Assembly: GCA_001949185.1 (NCBI GenBank) | Contig: BDGG01000001.1 | Location: forward strand, 7,204,149-7,268,148 | Reading direction: 5' to 3' | Source: Ramazzottius varieornatus | Lineage: Eukaryota; Animalia; Tardigrada | DNA length: 64,000 nucleotides | In this document: one piece after another, positions 11,401-23,279 of the stretch | Layout: each line of letters opens with the position of its first letter | Numbering within the stretch: the first letter of the stretch is position 1 | Notes under the pieces: model-generated | Databases searched by the model: none | The model's input: only the letters and a program-made list of their open reading frames with translations | Told to the model about the DNA's origin: nothing | Position numbers and translations under genes: made by a program

Positions 11401-14400
11401 GCCGCCATGACGCAGCTTCGCAACGAAGACCAGGCGTCCCGAGACAAGAAGCTCAACTCCATCATCGACGTCTGCTTGGCTGCTCAATGCTCTTTGATGG
11501 TTACCAAACACAAAGAAGAAGTATCAGCAGGTAAAGTCCAAGAAAAGCTGAATTATCCATGTTAATAATGCTGATACTGAGTAGGAACGGGAAGGAAGAG
11601 AAATCAAGGTTTCCGATACGGTGTTGTAACACGAAAGTACCTTGATTTCTATTTGAGATGTTCATGGTCAGCTTTTTCAGGGCTCTTCGAGAACTTCGTG
11701 GCGGTTATGGCTCGATGTCAAGTTTCTGAGATTCAGTTTCTTCGGGTCTTCGGTGCTCCTGCGTTCTCGCCGACGCCGGAATGCTTCAAAACGGTTCTTC
11801 GAAAGATCTTCTTTCTGGACAGACCGCATCTATTTCAGATCATGGACAAGTGGCCAACCGAAACAGAGAAAATGTATTAATAAGTCAAAAGTGGCATTCT
11901 TGTTTACGTTCACTGTTGGATTTATTTTTGCTATTATTGACATGGTTTTCCGTAGGTTGTTGTTCAAAGCAGCAGGAAGAATTCTGGTGAAGGATACGCA
12001 CTTGTGGCAGTTGCGGATGCAGATGTCAGGGCACGATATCAACATGCTGATCGACATGGTCGAGCAGCTTCTTTGCCGAGGACTCAGCCTAAGAACCGAG
12101 GGTGAGTTTTGCCTGATCGAGAAACAGTTCTATAACAGTTGGGAGACACGCAAACAACCTCGGGAAAATCCTCATCTCAAGTGGCGCACTTTTCTAGCCT
12201 GTATCAAAGAGAACTGCGCGGCTTGAGATGATAATCATTCCGAGATTGGTTGCCGGCTTCCCAGTTGTTCCCCCGTCAAAGTGAGGGCGGAGTAGTTTCA
12301 TGTTACGGTTATCTGGTATAGAGTACGATGCGCTTCAGCTGCAGGATTTGGGTACAGAGTACATCGAGGACCTTCTCAAGCTGGGTGTCTTTCGACAACC
12401 TGAAGGTGCCACCTTCCCTCCCAAGTACCGTCCACCAGCCTTGGTCAGACGGGACATTTACTGGTCGTGCTGGAAGCTGATGGTTTTGTTCGCCGCTGTC
12501 GAACCCGTCCAGTACGGTAAGACGAAGGTTTACTTCCAAAATCCTCCACCGATGTTGAGAACTTTACCCTAAAGTTGCTCTTGAAACATGAATTAGGTGC
12601 TTTCATGTGGGAACGACATCCGACTGCGAAGGCTCTCATGCAAATGTGCATCATCAATCGGTTCACGTTCCCACCGGAAACGATGATTCCCGCTGACAAG
12701 GACGGAAAGTTCCTCGTAGACCAGGAACACAAGGTATAGTAAGCATTTAACTGCAAACTGAGTGGTTAAAGACGCAGTTGGGATATTCCTCTATCTTTCG
12801 GTAGATGGCGGAAGATGAGAAGAAGGCCATACTGGAGTACGAGAACCGTTTAGCTGGGGGAACGGCCAAAAACCTCGTGGTACCCGAAAGCTCTGCCAAG
12901 ATGCATAAGGATTTCACTCGCTTCGACCCTAAGTAAGAACTGACGTTCTTTCGATACTTTTTACATTCAGCATTCTCATTCAGTATTTTGAAATTCAGCC
13001 ATGTGTTGTAACAGTGGCGCGTTCCGTCAACCTCCGGAATCGTTTCTAAAGATGATGGATGGACTCAACAAGAGTCTCGAATTGGGCAGAATTTTTTCCG
13101 GCTGTCGTCAGCCTGACTTTCTTCTGGAAATGCTGAGAGACAAGGTTAGTATCGGGTGCAATATTGTTAGGGAACTCCGTGGAAAAATACCCTTGTCGTT
13201 CCCAGAATAACTGTGAAAAATGGATAATATAGAAAGAAGCAATATCTCGACAGCTGTAAAACTCGATTCACAGTTTTGATTTTCATTAAACTTTTTTCTA
13301 GGGTACTTCAGCCAGTCTTCCTTGGCTCCTCGAGATCACCAGCAGCTCCAAGTCCATGTTCGAAGTTCTGCCCGTCGAATGCGTCTGCGAGATGCTGTCC
13401 AACAGTCTTCTCAAAAGCTCGACCACGTCCGAGCGTGGCGAAGCAGACTTTCAGAAGTGCCGACACCTGGCCTCGCGTCTCAGCGAGTCCGTGTCGGCAG
13501 AAGGAGCCGACGTCAATAACATCCTCAAGACCCTCAACTTCTTCGGAGGTAAACTCGGTGCGGAGACAGCAGCCGAAAGAGAGATCGCCCGAACTGCCTT
13601 GGAGATCATGTTCGACCCGAGCAGAATTGAGTCTGCCATCTCCTCTCTGTGGGGAATGGAGAAAGCGGAAGTAGGTATCAGTTTCGTGTCGTTTCCTCAA
13701 GTGGCGCCCGTTTCGGTGTTATTGGCTGAAACTGTGCGCCACTTGGAGATCCATCTTGTCGCGTCCGTTTGTTTTCCAAGTGGCGCACGTTTTCAGTGTA
13801 ATTGGCTGGAAGTATACACTACGCCACCTGTAGAAACGACGTTTGAATGATTCTTGACTGACCGTTCTGATCATTATAGGTTACGGAAGGAAGTGGTTTC
13901 GTGTGGCCAGCAGACCTTCCCAAGACGAAGCAAGGGCTTGACTTGGAGGCTATCCTGGCTTCCGTGAAGCCTCAGCTGACTTCTTGGATGCTCGACCCGA
14001 TGTTCGCGACTCCGAAGAAGCCCTTGACGTACAGTGAGAAATTTCACTGGCTCTTGACGGACATTCCCAACCGCTCCGCTCATTTCACGGTAAGAAGAGC
14101 GAAATTTACCGCTTTGCGTATCGTTCAGGTTAGTAGTAAAATATCGTAGAAAAGGGGGCCTTTTGATAGTAAATGTGGATCGCCCATACTAGTCTGTAAT
14201 ACCTCGTACTGTGTACCGGTATTCACCTCTTGAGTTGTATTTGGAATGCTGTTAGGAAGTTCATTATCGACCTCTGTGTGGTTAATTAACAAAACTTTTC
14301 TTTGATGTGCAGGCGATGAAGGACCAGTTGTGTTTTCAACTGACACAGGCTCTCGCCATTGAGTGTGATGTCCATCCCGTTGCAGCGTACTTCGATTTTC

Positions 14401-15672
14401 TCTCCACGTATCTCTTCTCTCCACGATGTCTGAAACCTACCACAAGCCTGGCTTACACCGTCGTAAACATGTTAGCTTCGGTGATGACCAGAAGACACGA
14501 ACTACGAGACGCCGTGCTCCTCGGTACCGGCATGTTTGTGTCACCGGCGGAAGCCAATGTCATCCGACAGAAAGTTGCTGGACTCTTCGAGACGTTCCTT
14601 CACCTCGCGGTGGACAGCGTCCCTACCGACCTCATCGATGTCCCATACCAAGTGAGCGTGAAGCAATTCTTGAAATGTTGGAAATAAAATGAAATGGAAG
14701 CCCTCGGCATACAAATTCCGCAAGATGATTTTTCCAAGTGCCGCACTTCCGTAGTGTGGTTGGCTGAAGGTGTGCGCCACTTGGAAAAACGATCTTGTCG
14801 AGTTTGCTCGCTTCCCAAGTAGCGCACGTTTACAGTGTTGTTAGATGGAGGTGTGCGCCACTTGGTAAGACATCCGTGTATGGTTGTTTGCATAGAGTCC
14901 GCATGTCGACCACGTATCATTTCGCAGTTGAGCGTGAAGCAGAAGCTTCTGAGAGTGGAATGCACGATAGGCCAGCCGAGTCGAACAGCCTGTATGCATC
15001 TGACCGTAGCACAGGCCTATCCCGTTCTCCTCGCCTTGATGCCGAACAGCGAGCAGGAGCTGGTTCCCGCTCTTCGGCAGTTCTCACTAAACCCAGCAGT
15101 CCTGTTCGGCTCGACGGAGTGGTCGACGGGGGAAGTGGCGGCACTGGTGACGAAAAGCGTTAGGCAGGTCGTGCTGAGGCGAGCGACGAATGCGGGGTTG
15201 GTGGCAATGGTCGTCAGTAACCTTACGGTGGATGAGGCCTTGCAGCTGCTGTGCACAGAACACGTCTCAACCACAAATCTAAGGTATGAATACACTACAT
15301 GATTCGGCTAGTGGTATAAAACAGCAAAACAAAATAATTATCTAGTAGGATGCTGATGGCGGTGATGGACGTGAACGATCCGATTGTGTTGGCTAAATTG
15401 AAGCACATGGTCAGTTCGAACCTGATGCTGGCGCGGACCTTGCTGGAATACCGGTTGAAGGAAGGGCTAAGTTTGGAGGAACCTATCCATAGGACTATGA
15501 AGAAGGTCTTGGATAGTGTCACCAATATATTCTCTCTACCTTTTACTGCCTGATTTCTACACGTTGGTGTTTTTGTATCGTTCAGCAAGAAATCTGTGGT
15601 ATGTTGGCGACAGAAACCTTGAATAGAGACCAGCATACCGATGGTGAGAAGAATGTAGCGTTCTGCAGATGA
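8446..15672 (+). CDS. INTS1: Integrator complex subunit 1 (multi-exon; 3' end approximate)
   Basis: Spliced motifs AMLSLLRKD...LLHAAYKNVTRWP..MYLEDAGLDRQWVDLAEC, MQKIDTWLQNGK, ATICANC, YWSCWKLMV, WERHPT, DPSGAFRQPP, CRQPDFLLEM, EVLPVECVCE match remembered INTS1. ATG 8446 inferred from two short upstream exons. Confidence 0.92.
10300..10535. repeat. Tandem array (~3 units, period 78) of the ~80-bp palindromic element, in an INTS1 intron
   Basis: AAGTGG(C/T)GCA arms at 10383 and 10461, with TGCGCCA return arms and ATCTTG linkers. Confidence 0.85.
12159..12245. repeat. Solo palindromic element in an INTS1 intron
   Basis: TCATCTCAAGTGGCGCAC ... TGCGCGGCTTGAGATGA; 12172-12181 pairs perfectly with 12222-12231. 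Confidence 0.75.
13686..13840. repeat. Two-unit array (period 79) of the palindromic element, in an INTS1 intron
   Basis: CAAGTGGCGCCCGTTT..ATTGGCTGAAACTGTGCGCCACTTGG followed by CAAGTGGCGCACGTTT..ATTGGCTGG..CGCCACCTG. Confidence 0.9.
14722..14880. repeat. Two-unit array (period 81) of the palindromic element, in an INTS1 intron
   Basis: Two copies ending GTGTGCGCCACTTGG, joined by AAAACGATCTTGTCGAGTTTG. Confidence 0.9.
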
Positions 15673-16003
15673 GTACAGATACATTCTTACGAAGTTCGTG
15701 CTGTAGTTCGTTACTTTGGGTCACGAGCAATACGGCGTCCAACATAGTGGGATGGACCCCACAATCAAATGAATATCGAAAGAGGGAAACACTGTATAGA
15801 AAAGGTAAATGTCCTAGTGCATAATTATCCAAATAGATCAGTAAAATACCGTGCGTCACACGCTCTAGCCCTGAACTTGTCCGTCCTTATGCAAACGAAA
15901 GTTAAATTGATAATTCGGAGTAGCAACGATGATCTTGGAGCTTCTCGCTGTTGAAGTACCATATGTAATGTATACGTCAGTTTTGGCAAGTCCAAACCGG
16001 AAG

Positions 16004-17665
16004 TTATTTTCTAAGTTGTTGCTGTCCTTTCGGCAACTGCATGGCCAGAGAGGTCCGCAGTCCGTCCAAGCGGATCACCAGCTCAGTCGGAACATCCGGC
16101 AAAGTGTCGACCAAGTTCGGGATGACGATTGGGTTGCAAGCCATGGGCGGGTTGTTAGCTGCGTTATTGGGTGGATTGTTGGGTCGCGGAATAGCACAAG
16201 TGTTGGGCTTGCATTCAACCGACAAACAAGTTCGAAGTCGCCTTTTATACATGCGTACGCTGTCAGCTTCTTCAGTCGGGAAGTGATGACCAACCGTACC
16301 TTTTTTCCAAGTATCTGAACGTACTGTTGGTCGATGCTCCTCTGGGCATCTTCCGCTCGTTCAAAGTCAGCGAAAGCAGTGCGGCCCATATGCATCACGT
16401 CTCGCACGAGTCCCTGTGCGCAGGCCTGCAAGGCGTCCTTGATGTCGTCCGCAGTAGCCTGTGGTGATACTCCTCCACAGAAGATTGATAACGTTCGAGG
16501 AGCATTCGCCCAGGCCTTGCCATGATAGCCTGGTGAGGGAGGCTAGGTCCGGTCTGTTTGGGTTGAGCTTTCTGAAAACGGCCGAAGTGAACTTCCCATC
16601 ATCATTTCATATCCATAAGAGATACGTATTTATTGCTGTTTACCGTGACTGGCTTCGTGAATATCTTTTCGGAACGAATAGTAAGGAACGGGTTCTCCAA
16701 GACGGCCCTTACCGTGCCGGGGAACAAGATACAAACGACCGCTGAGGGTGGTTTCTTGTCCATCTGAACGTTCCCCACTGCACCGAACTTCAAAAAGTAG
16801 TGCGCCACCTGTAGTCGACCTAATCCTTTGATATCCGGGATGAAGACCTTACTGCAAAGAAAAGCGGAAACAACGCTACAGATTTGGATGAGTTTGCGGT
16901 TGTAGTTTCGAATCAGGCTAAACCTTTCATTGACTTGTTGGTTGGTACCCAGGGCCGCTGGTCCGTTTGGAGCTGTATGCGACATGTTGCGGATGCCTTG
17001 ATGAGGGCTAGTAATCAGTCGAGGCGGGAACCCAGTTTGCGTGGGTTGGCTAGAGCTTCCCGGGACCACAACAACGGCGCCTTCTCTAGAAGCTTCAGGT
17101 CCACCGCCACAAGTCGGGATAAACCGCGGTCCATTGTGCGCCAACCTGTAAAACAAGTAAATATCATTTCGTTCTTGTTTCTGCCGTTAAGAAATTGAAA
17201 ATAAAATACTCCTTGCAGAATGCTCTGTGTTTTAGACGAGAAACTCAACACAGTCCACAAGCTCCGCTGTGAGCCTATCTTGTCTGCTTGTATGCTGGCT
17301 GCACTTACCCCTTTTCCAGAAGGTTTTTTAATCCGACGACGTACTTGGAAATGCTGTTCTGCAACAGGCCATTCAATCGAACAACCGTCACTCGCATGGC
17401 GTTGACCTTTGAGAATCTTCCAGTGTAACCTACCGCGATACCCGTCAGCTCAGTCAGTTCTTCATCGTTTGTCGCCAGCCCTATTGCTTTCCGCAACAGC
17501 GACAGGTCATACTTGTGTACGATGATATCTGCAAAATTTCCAAATTAGTTCGATTAGGATCCCCGTACGTCGGGACTTGAGCGTGCAGACGAAAATCTCA
17601 GTCAGCAAGCTGACTGTGTGCTTACCTTTTACACAGTCCCGAAAAGTGCCTCCTCTACCTGGCAT
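16004..17665 (-). CDS. Divergent two-RRM RNA-binding protein (multi-exon)
   Basis: ATG 17665; spliced RRM-like segments KVFIPDIKGLGRLQVAHYFLKFGAVGNVQM and SIFCGGVSPQATADDIKDAL...TAFADFERAEDAQRSIDQQYVQILGKK..VECKP; Pro/Asn-rich tail; stop at 16004-16006. Confidence 0.78.
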
Positions 17666-18014
17666 TTTTAGGCCTTAGTGCCTGGGAATGGCTCTTTCCG
17701 GGACTACAATAAAGCCATGACAATTGTCAGTCGACAGGTGAGCATCGAAACATAGGACAGGCGATAATCGAAATGTAAAGATTCTTGCACTCACCGACTC
17801 ACCGTGTGGAGTCCGATATCCTTTCCGACAACGTGGAAGGGAACCCTATTACGGGCAACTACCAGAACTAAAACTCCCGACTCTGTAGAGCTGAAAAGGT
17901 GACACGAAAGTCACTGTAAATCTGAGAAAAGTTGTGCCGGAAAGAACATCATAGCGACCAACAAATTTTTCCAGCTGATCGGAATTCACAGCGCCATGCG
18001 CATTACTTCACGTA

Positions 18015-18469
18015 CACGCACGGCAGGTAATTATGGGACACCAAAAATTATGGTACAGGTGGAAAGGACGGCAAATTTACATCCTGAATGCGAGCCAGAA
18101 ATGAAAATCGAGCGTATGATGTAACGCAGTGAAATTTAACCGTAGAGAATTGTCATGACAGTGCCCATCAGCCGATCAGCTGTTTGACTTTCGCACAGGC
18201 TGCGGATTGTTCACTTACTTTCTTCCAGAGATGCTCTCGAATCCATATCATTCCTGTAAGCTTTCGTCCACAATATCCCGACCCTTCAAGACCTCGACGG
18301 TACACCGAAAAAGTCTTGAAGGACGCGCTTTCTGCTATTCAGCACGTACGTACAGCAAAGCAGCCTTCAGTGCTGCTTTTCACTTCTAGCAAGAATCACC
18401 TGCCCGTGCCGCCGTAGCGAAAAGGCTTACGCATAATTTTTAGTGTCCCATATTTACCCGCCGTGCGTG
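18015..18469 (+). mobile_element. Non-autonomous pogo-like element with a psq-HTH remnant
   Basis: 38-bp TIRs (35/38 identical; CACGCACGGCAGGTAATTATGGGACACCAAAAATTATG), TA at 18013-14 and 18470-71; internal RRYTEKVLKDALSAIQ/(fs)TYSKAA. Confidence 0.87.
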
Positions 18470-19499
18470 TACAGTTATTGTGTATTGTTATTTCTCGGTT
18501 GCTGTTTGGAGTGCCGGTAGTGCGCAGAGAAAAGCACAGGGTAAGAATTTGCAGCCAAATGAGCCTGCATTGTCGAAGATATAAATAGACTGGGAGTTCT
18601 GAGATGTCATCGAGATCAGATCCCGAAGAGCAACAAGGAAAAGCAGATAAGACATCCACCCTGTTTCCACTTTGAACAATGCCTGTCTTCTCCGAGCGGA
18701 AGGCAAAGCAGAAAGCCACCGGTCAAGACTTGTGCCGCATCATGATCACATATGCTGCCCTCTTTCGTGTCATGGAAATGGCCCATTCCGCAAAAAGAGC
18801 AAACATATTCCACCGACCTTCCGCCTTTGTCCGACTGAATTGCGTTATCTGCTGTTCCCCAATTGATCACCATGTCACTGCGGACATTTGATAGTTCCTA
18901 CAAAATCGCCGATCCACTAAGTTCTTTGCGACAATGTTTCTGCAGCAGCGCAATCGTTGGTCCGAGAGCTCCCGTGGTGGATAGATCAAACTTGTTGGCT
19001 TCCTGCTCCGCGGGTGTTACGGAGGTTCTACGACAGATGGCGCTGTAATTAGCCGGACTCGGAAGTGATCGGATTTTAAAAGACGCAGAAATACTGAAGC
19101 CTAATACTAACAAAACCATAACCTCCTCCCATCCTGTCATCCACGGTCCGCGGTTGAATGACATAGTGGGTGGCGAGTATTTCTACTAGAAAACTTTTGA
19201 TGAGATTTCAAAATGTGCGGACATTAATCACACTTAAATGTGCGAAGCAGCACGGGATTACGGCCATGCGGCGTTCAATCGTCTCAAAAACGACGGTGCG
19301 GATCCAACGTTGGTCTCGAACCGGTCAGCGTGAAAATTAAAAAATAAAAGTGCCGTCATTTCGGTATCTTTCTTTAATTTTCCGTTGAGGCGGAAGAGGT
19401 GTTGGACGGATTGAAGAAGAACCGAGCTTTGATGACTCGCGCACTGCAATCAGCGAGTACAGTAGGCCTCGTTGTACTGTCCGTGGTCAAGGGCTTTTA

Positions 19500-21984
19500 A
19501 TAATCAGTGACAGAGAATCTCTTCTCGTCTTTTGTAATTTATCTGTGCCTGCAAGGCTCGAACATATTTCCCGGCAATTCTTCTAGGTTTTTGCTACACG
19601 TAACCGTCAGCGATAACACTGCGCGAACGCTGTCGTCCATCACCTCACTTACACACATCGTCTTCTTGATCGGCTGGACCGACAACTCTTTCCTTCTTAC
19701 CTCGAATAGTTTTAGAACGATGTCGGTGACCATCAGCACTTTTCTTCCAGTTTTACCGACCATAATCACGCATTCTCATCCTGATGCCATCTTGAGCCCT
19801 CTTTGATGACATTGTCAAGTCTACTCAGCTGTAAATTTATGCATTGAACATTTCCATATCGGATGATAGTGCCTACAAGGCGTGCCTCCTTTGCTCTATT
19901 GTAGCCGAGGTCCTTTTCGGTAGGAAGCGATCCTTGTCTTGACGTGTGTAACTTTAAACGAGGAAGGTGCCTGTCTCCATTTTGTCCTATTCATCAAAGA
20001 CGAATCGTCCATCTTTTGCAGCCATAAGCACGCACATTCCCCCCTTTGACAAGGATACTTATTACCGGCGTGATTTACATGATGCCCATCGTCTGCTTTT
20101 TCAAGTGAAACTTCAGCCCAACCGATGTCTCCACAAAGGTACAATGGCATAACTTTCCGCCTGTCCTCCTTACATGATGAAATTATATTCCAAACTTTTT
20201 GAATATGGTGGTTTGACATTTCAAACCTGTTATTAGATCTGAACGCGGAAGTTTCCAGTTACGATTTCGTGTGGGAGAAAGACAGAACTAACCAATGAGA
20301 GTTCGACCTTCTGAATATTTCCAGGTAAGTAAAGGTGGGCGTAACCCCTGTGAAAGTTGCCAAAATGGAAGCATGGTACACACAACCACACAAGATCGCT
20401 GTTCTGAGTGGCGCACCCTGCCAGCCAATAACAATGGAAACGTGCGCCACCCGAAATACAGTTCTTGTACGTTTTGTCTACCCAGCTTCCACATGACACG
20501 TTTTTCTCCGTAAAATGGTTAATTTTTGCGTCTTTAAAAAGACAGCGGTAGACTCTGCTCTCTGAACAAGATTTATTACCCCGTGAAAGTGACATACATG
20601 CGTGATTATAAATAACGGTAAAAAGAAACTGCAGCGTAGTTGTTTGATTTATGGCCATTTATTATAACTTTTTTCTGGCCTGAAGATGGGCTGGAATGAG
20701 TAATCAGTGCGCTATTGATTACCAGCGTCGGACCATAGTCTGGCAGTTTGTAGCCGCTGTTTTCCGGTTAATACCACCACCACAGACACATTAGCAAGCT
20801 GTTGTCCACCGACGAATGTCTGTTTAGGTGATGTACTATACCTAGGTTATGAAGTTCTTCGCGATCATCTTTTGCCTTGATCGATGGACAGTTCCAAGAG
20901 CGACTGTAACCATCGATGATGGGCCATGTCTCGTGAAAATTGCCAATTATGGCCAGGCCGGATGTAATTGTTTCCGTAAAACATTCGGTCAGCAAAGAAG
21001 GTAATACCTAATTACATATTGCGTCAAAGAGGAAGAGAATATTGATGAGCACAGATCGATCGGGCTCTTTCTTCGTGGCTGATTGAGTGAGAAACAGTTA
21101 GCGGTGTGAGGAAAAAAAATTAGGCCAATATTACCAATATTATTAATTTGTATTATATTGCTCTTCTTCGCTACAGAAAATTACCGATCGAAAACATGAC
21201 TTGTTAGAGCAACGGTAGCTAATGACCAACTAGACAGGGAGCCTGTTGCACTGGCGGTGTACGTTCGGCGACCTTAACGAGCCTATGGTTGTCAGTTGGC
21301 CGAGAGCTTACAACTTTGCAGGCGCCAACGCGACACGAAAGATTTGAGACTATTGTCGGGTTAACGCTTGACAGTGTCTGTAATAGTTTTTTCAGGATTA
21401 TTTTCTCGACATTTGGTCGTAAGGAAAAATAATCCTGATGACCTGGAAAGAAAGGCGAGAAGACCGATGGTGGCGTTCTTCGCGTCAGACCGATTATGGT
21501 CCGTAGCCTGAAAACGAAGTGCGCTAACAACGCTAGCTGTCAGTTTCTTTACTTGAGATGTAATTTAAGTTTAGTTCGCGTGCGGCAAGCTAGACGTCGA
21601 CGTGGCCGACATTTCTTTCCAGCTGCTGAAGTGAGGAGATCTTGGTCATGTCAAACTGCACCAGAAGTGAGACAGCAAAGTTGGAAACCCTGCTGTGAGC
21701 GATGAAACGTTCCTCGATAGGTGGTACGTTGGCGATCTGTGGCACCCGACGAACGACTGCTGTGCGCCGACAAAAAGCCCAAAACCCTTCTCTGTTCTGT
21801 GTAAATGCCATCGAGAGCACGTCACGTTTTGCTTGAACGTTTTCTGCGTGAGGCTCCTGCCGACTTTGTCACCAACAGAGGCCGTAACCTGACCGATAAT
21901 TACAGAGTCTAGCGAGTCATCGTCGTATACAGATCTTACAGCACAGCACGAAGCAATGCGCGCGGCTGCGAAATATGAGCCCAT
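19500..21984 (-). mobile_element. Decayed P-element/THAP9-like transposase remnant (tentative)
   Basis: Ordered fragments: SCCAV...CSRWH...TPPSVF (THAP-like), IIGNFHETWPIIDGY...ELHNLGIV...VDNS, HACMSLSRGN, YTRQD. Many frame breaks; no TIR identified. Confidence 0.35.
20391..20470. repeat. Palindromic element, reverse orientation
   Basis: CAAGATCG..GAGTGGCGCACC..CAGCCAATAAC..AAACGTGCGCCAC. Confidence 0.8.
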
Positions 21985-23084
21985 ATTACGTATTGAAACA
22001 ACGGCCTATTCATGAGCTGCTTTACAAGCTGCTTATTAATTTACCATAAACTCCACCTAGCTTGATGACCTTTCGTCTAACCTGGATCTCAAATCCAATT
22101 ATGTATGCTGGGCTTTTAGCTTATGATTATGGTTTTCCTGCCACTTGTTTTCTGCCTTACATAAACACACTAGGGCAAATATATATAATCTGATTATTAT
22201 AATAACAATGGGATGACAATAACCGTACATCGAAATAAGCTGTGTTTATTGATAGTTGAGACGCGATTTATCACAGAGTTCGTACAAACAATAGTCCATG
22301 AAGTGCTTATTAATTAAAACAAGATCTGGGTCTTTCAAGTCCATTGCTGTCGAACGGGCCTATTGAGAGGTACTTGGATTTGAATTTCAAGAATTTGGTT
22401 GAGCAATCGGCGCTGAAGACTTTTCTGGTGGAAGTATGCAGAACAGAATACAAGTGCTGTTTTTCAAGAGAAGGTGTTGGAATGACGAGAGATAGCGGCG
22501 TTCTTTTCGACACGTTCTCCACGTGTCCTAGCTCGAACCATCAACCATCAACAAGCGTTAGGCGGAAATCGAGAAGAGTCATGCTGGAGAAAAACGCGCC
22601 CTGTAAATTGAGCCATTAGGGGCCCGGCTAGAAAAACATCAAACATGCGCCACATGCCTCCCTTATCGCGCACATCTGGCTGTTTTTACTGAGCATCGCC
22701 GTTTCCTGTCAGAACCAGGAAATGGATGCTTTTTTTATGGCCAGTTTAGTCGCCCGGGACCACTATCAACACAGCCTGATATCAGCTTTCTGATTACTCA
22801 TTATAATTACCAGATCACTAATTATCGCATCGATGACTGTGATGAGATAACTGGTCTATTGGTCCTCCCTCAAGTGGTTGGAACTTTTTCGGCGAAAGTT
22901 CGGGCAAGAGGAGAGCGATGTTTGCTTTCCCTAACAACGTGTGATAAAACGCGGCCAAATGACTTTTTCGGCATGCACCTGCCCTTGCATTGTGCTGTGA
23001 ACAAGGCCGTGCCGAAGTAATTCAGACAGAGAACACGACACAGCTACAAAGACCAAAAAATACACGTTTGGGATGTTGACAAGT

Positions 23085-23177
23085 GAATTCACCCGGACCG
23101 TCATTTTAACTGGCGCACATGATCACTGTCACCGACTGGCAGCGTGCGCCATTTGGGAAAACGATCTGGGCGAATTC
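23085..23177. repeat. Solo palindromic element with extended arms
   Basis: GAATTCACCCGGACCGT..TGGCGCAC ... GTGCGCCATTTGGGAAAACGATCTGGGCGAATTC. Confidence 0.8.
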
Positions 23178-23279
23178 ATCCGCCGACGTTCCATTTCAAT
23201 ACGCCAGATTTCCTGAAACACGATAGGTCTTCGTTTTAGAATTCAGGTCTTTCTCTGAAACTAAGAAAAGGGTCTTCAA

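Noticed and set aside
10300-14880. Palindromic arrays as CRISPR-like repeats
   Set aside because: The loops are homologous between units rather than unique spacers, arrays have only 2-3 units, they lie in spliceosomal introns, and there are no cas genes.
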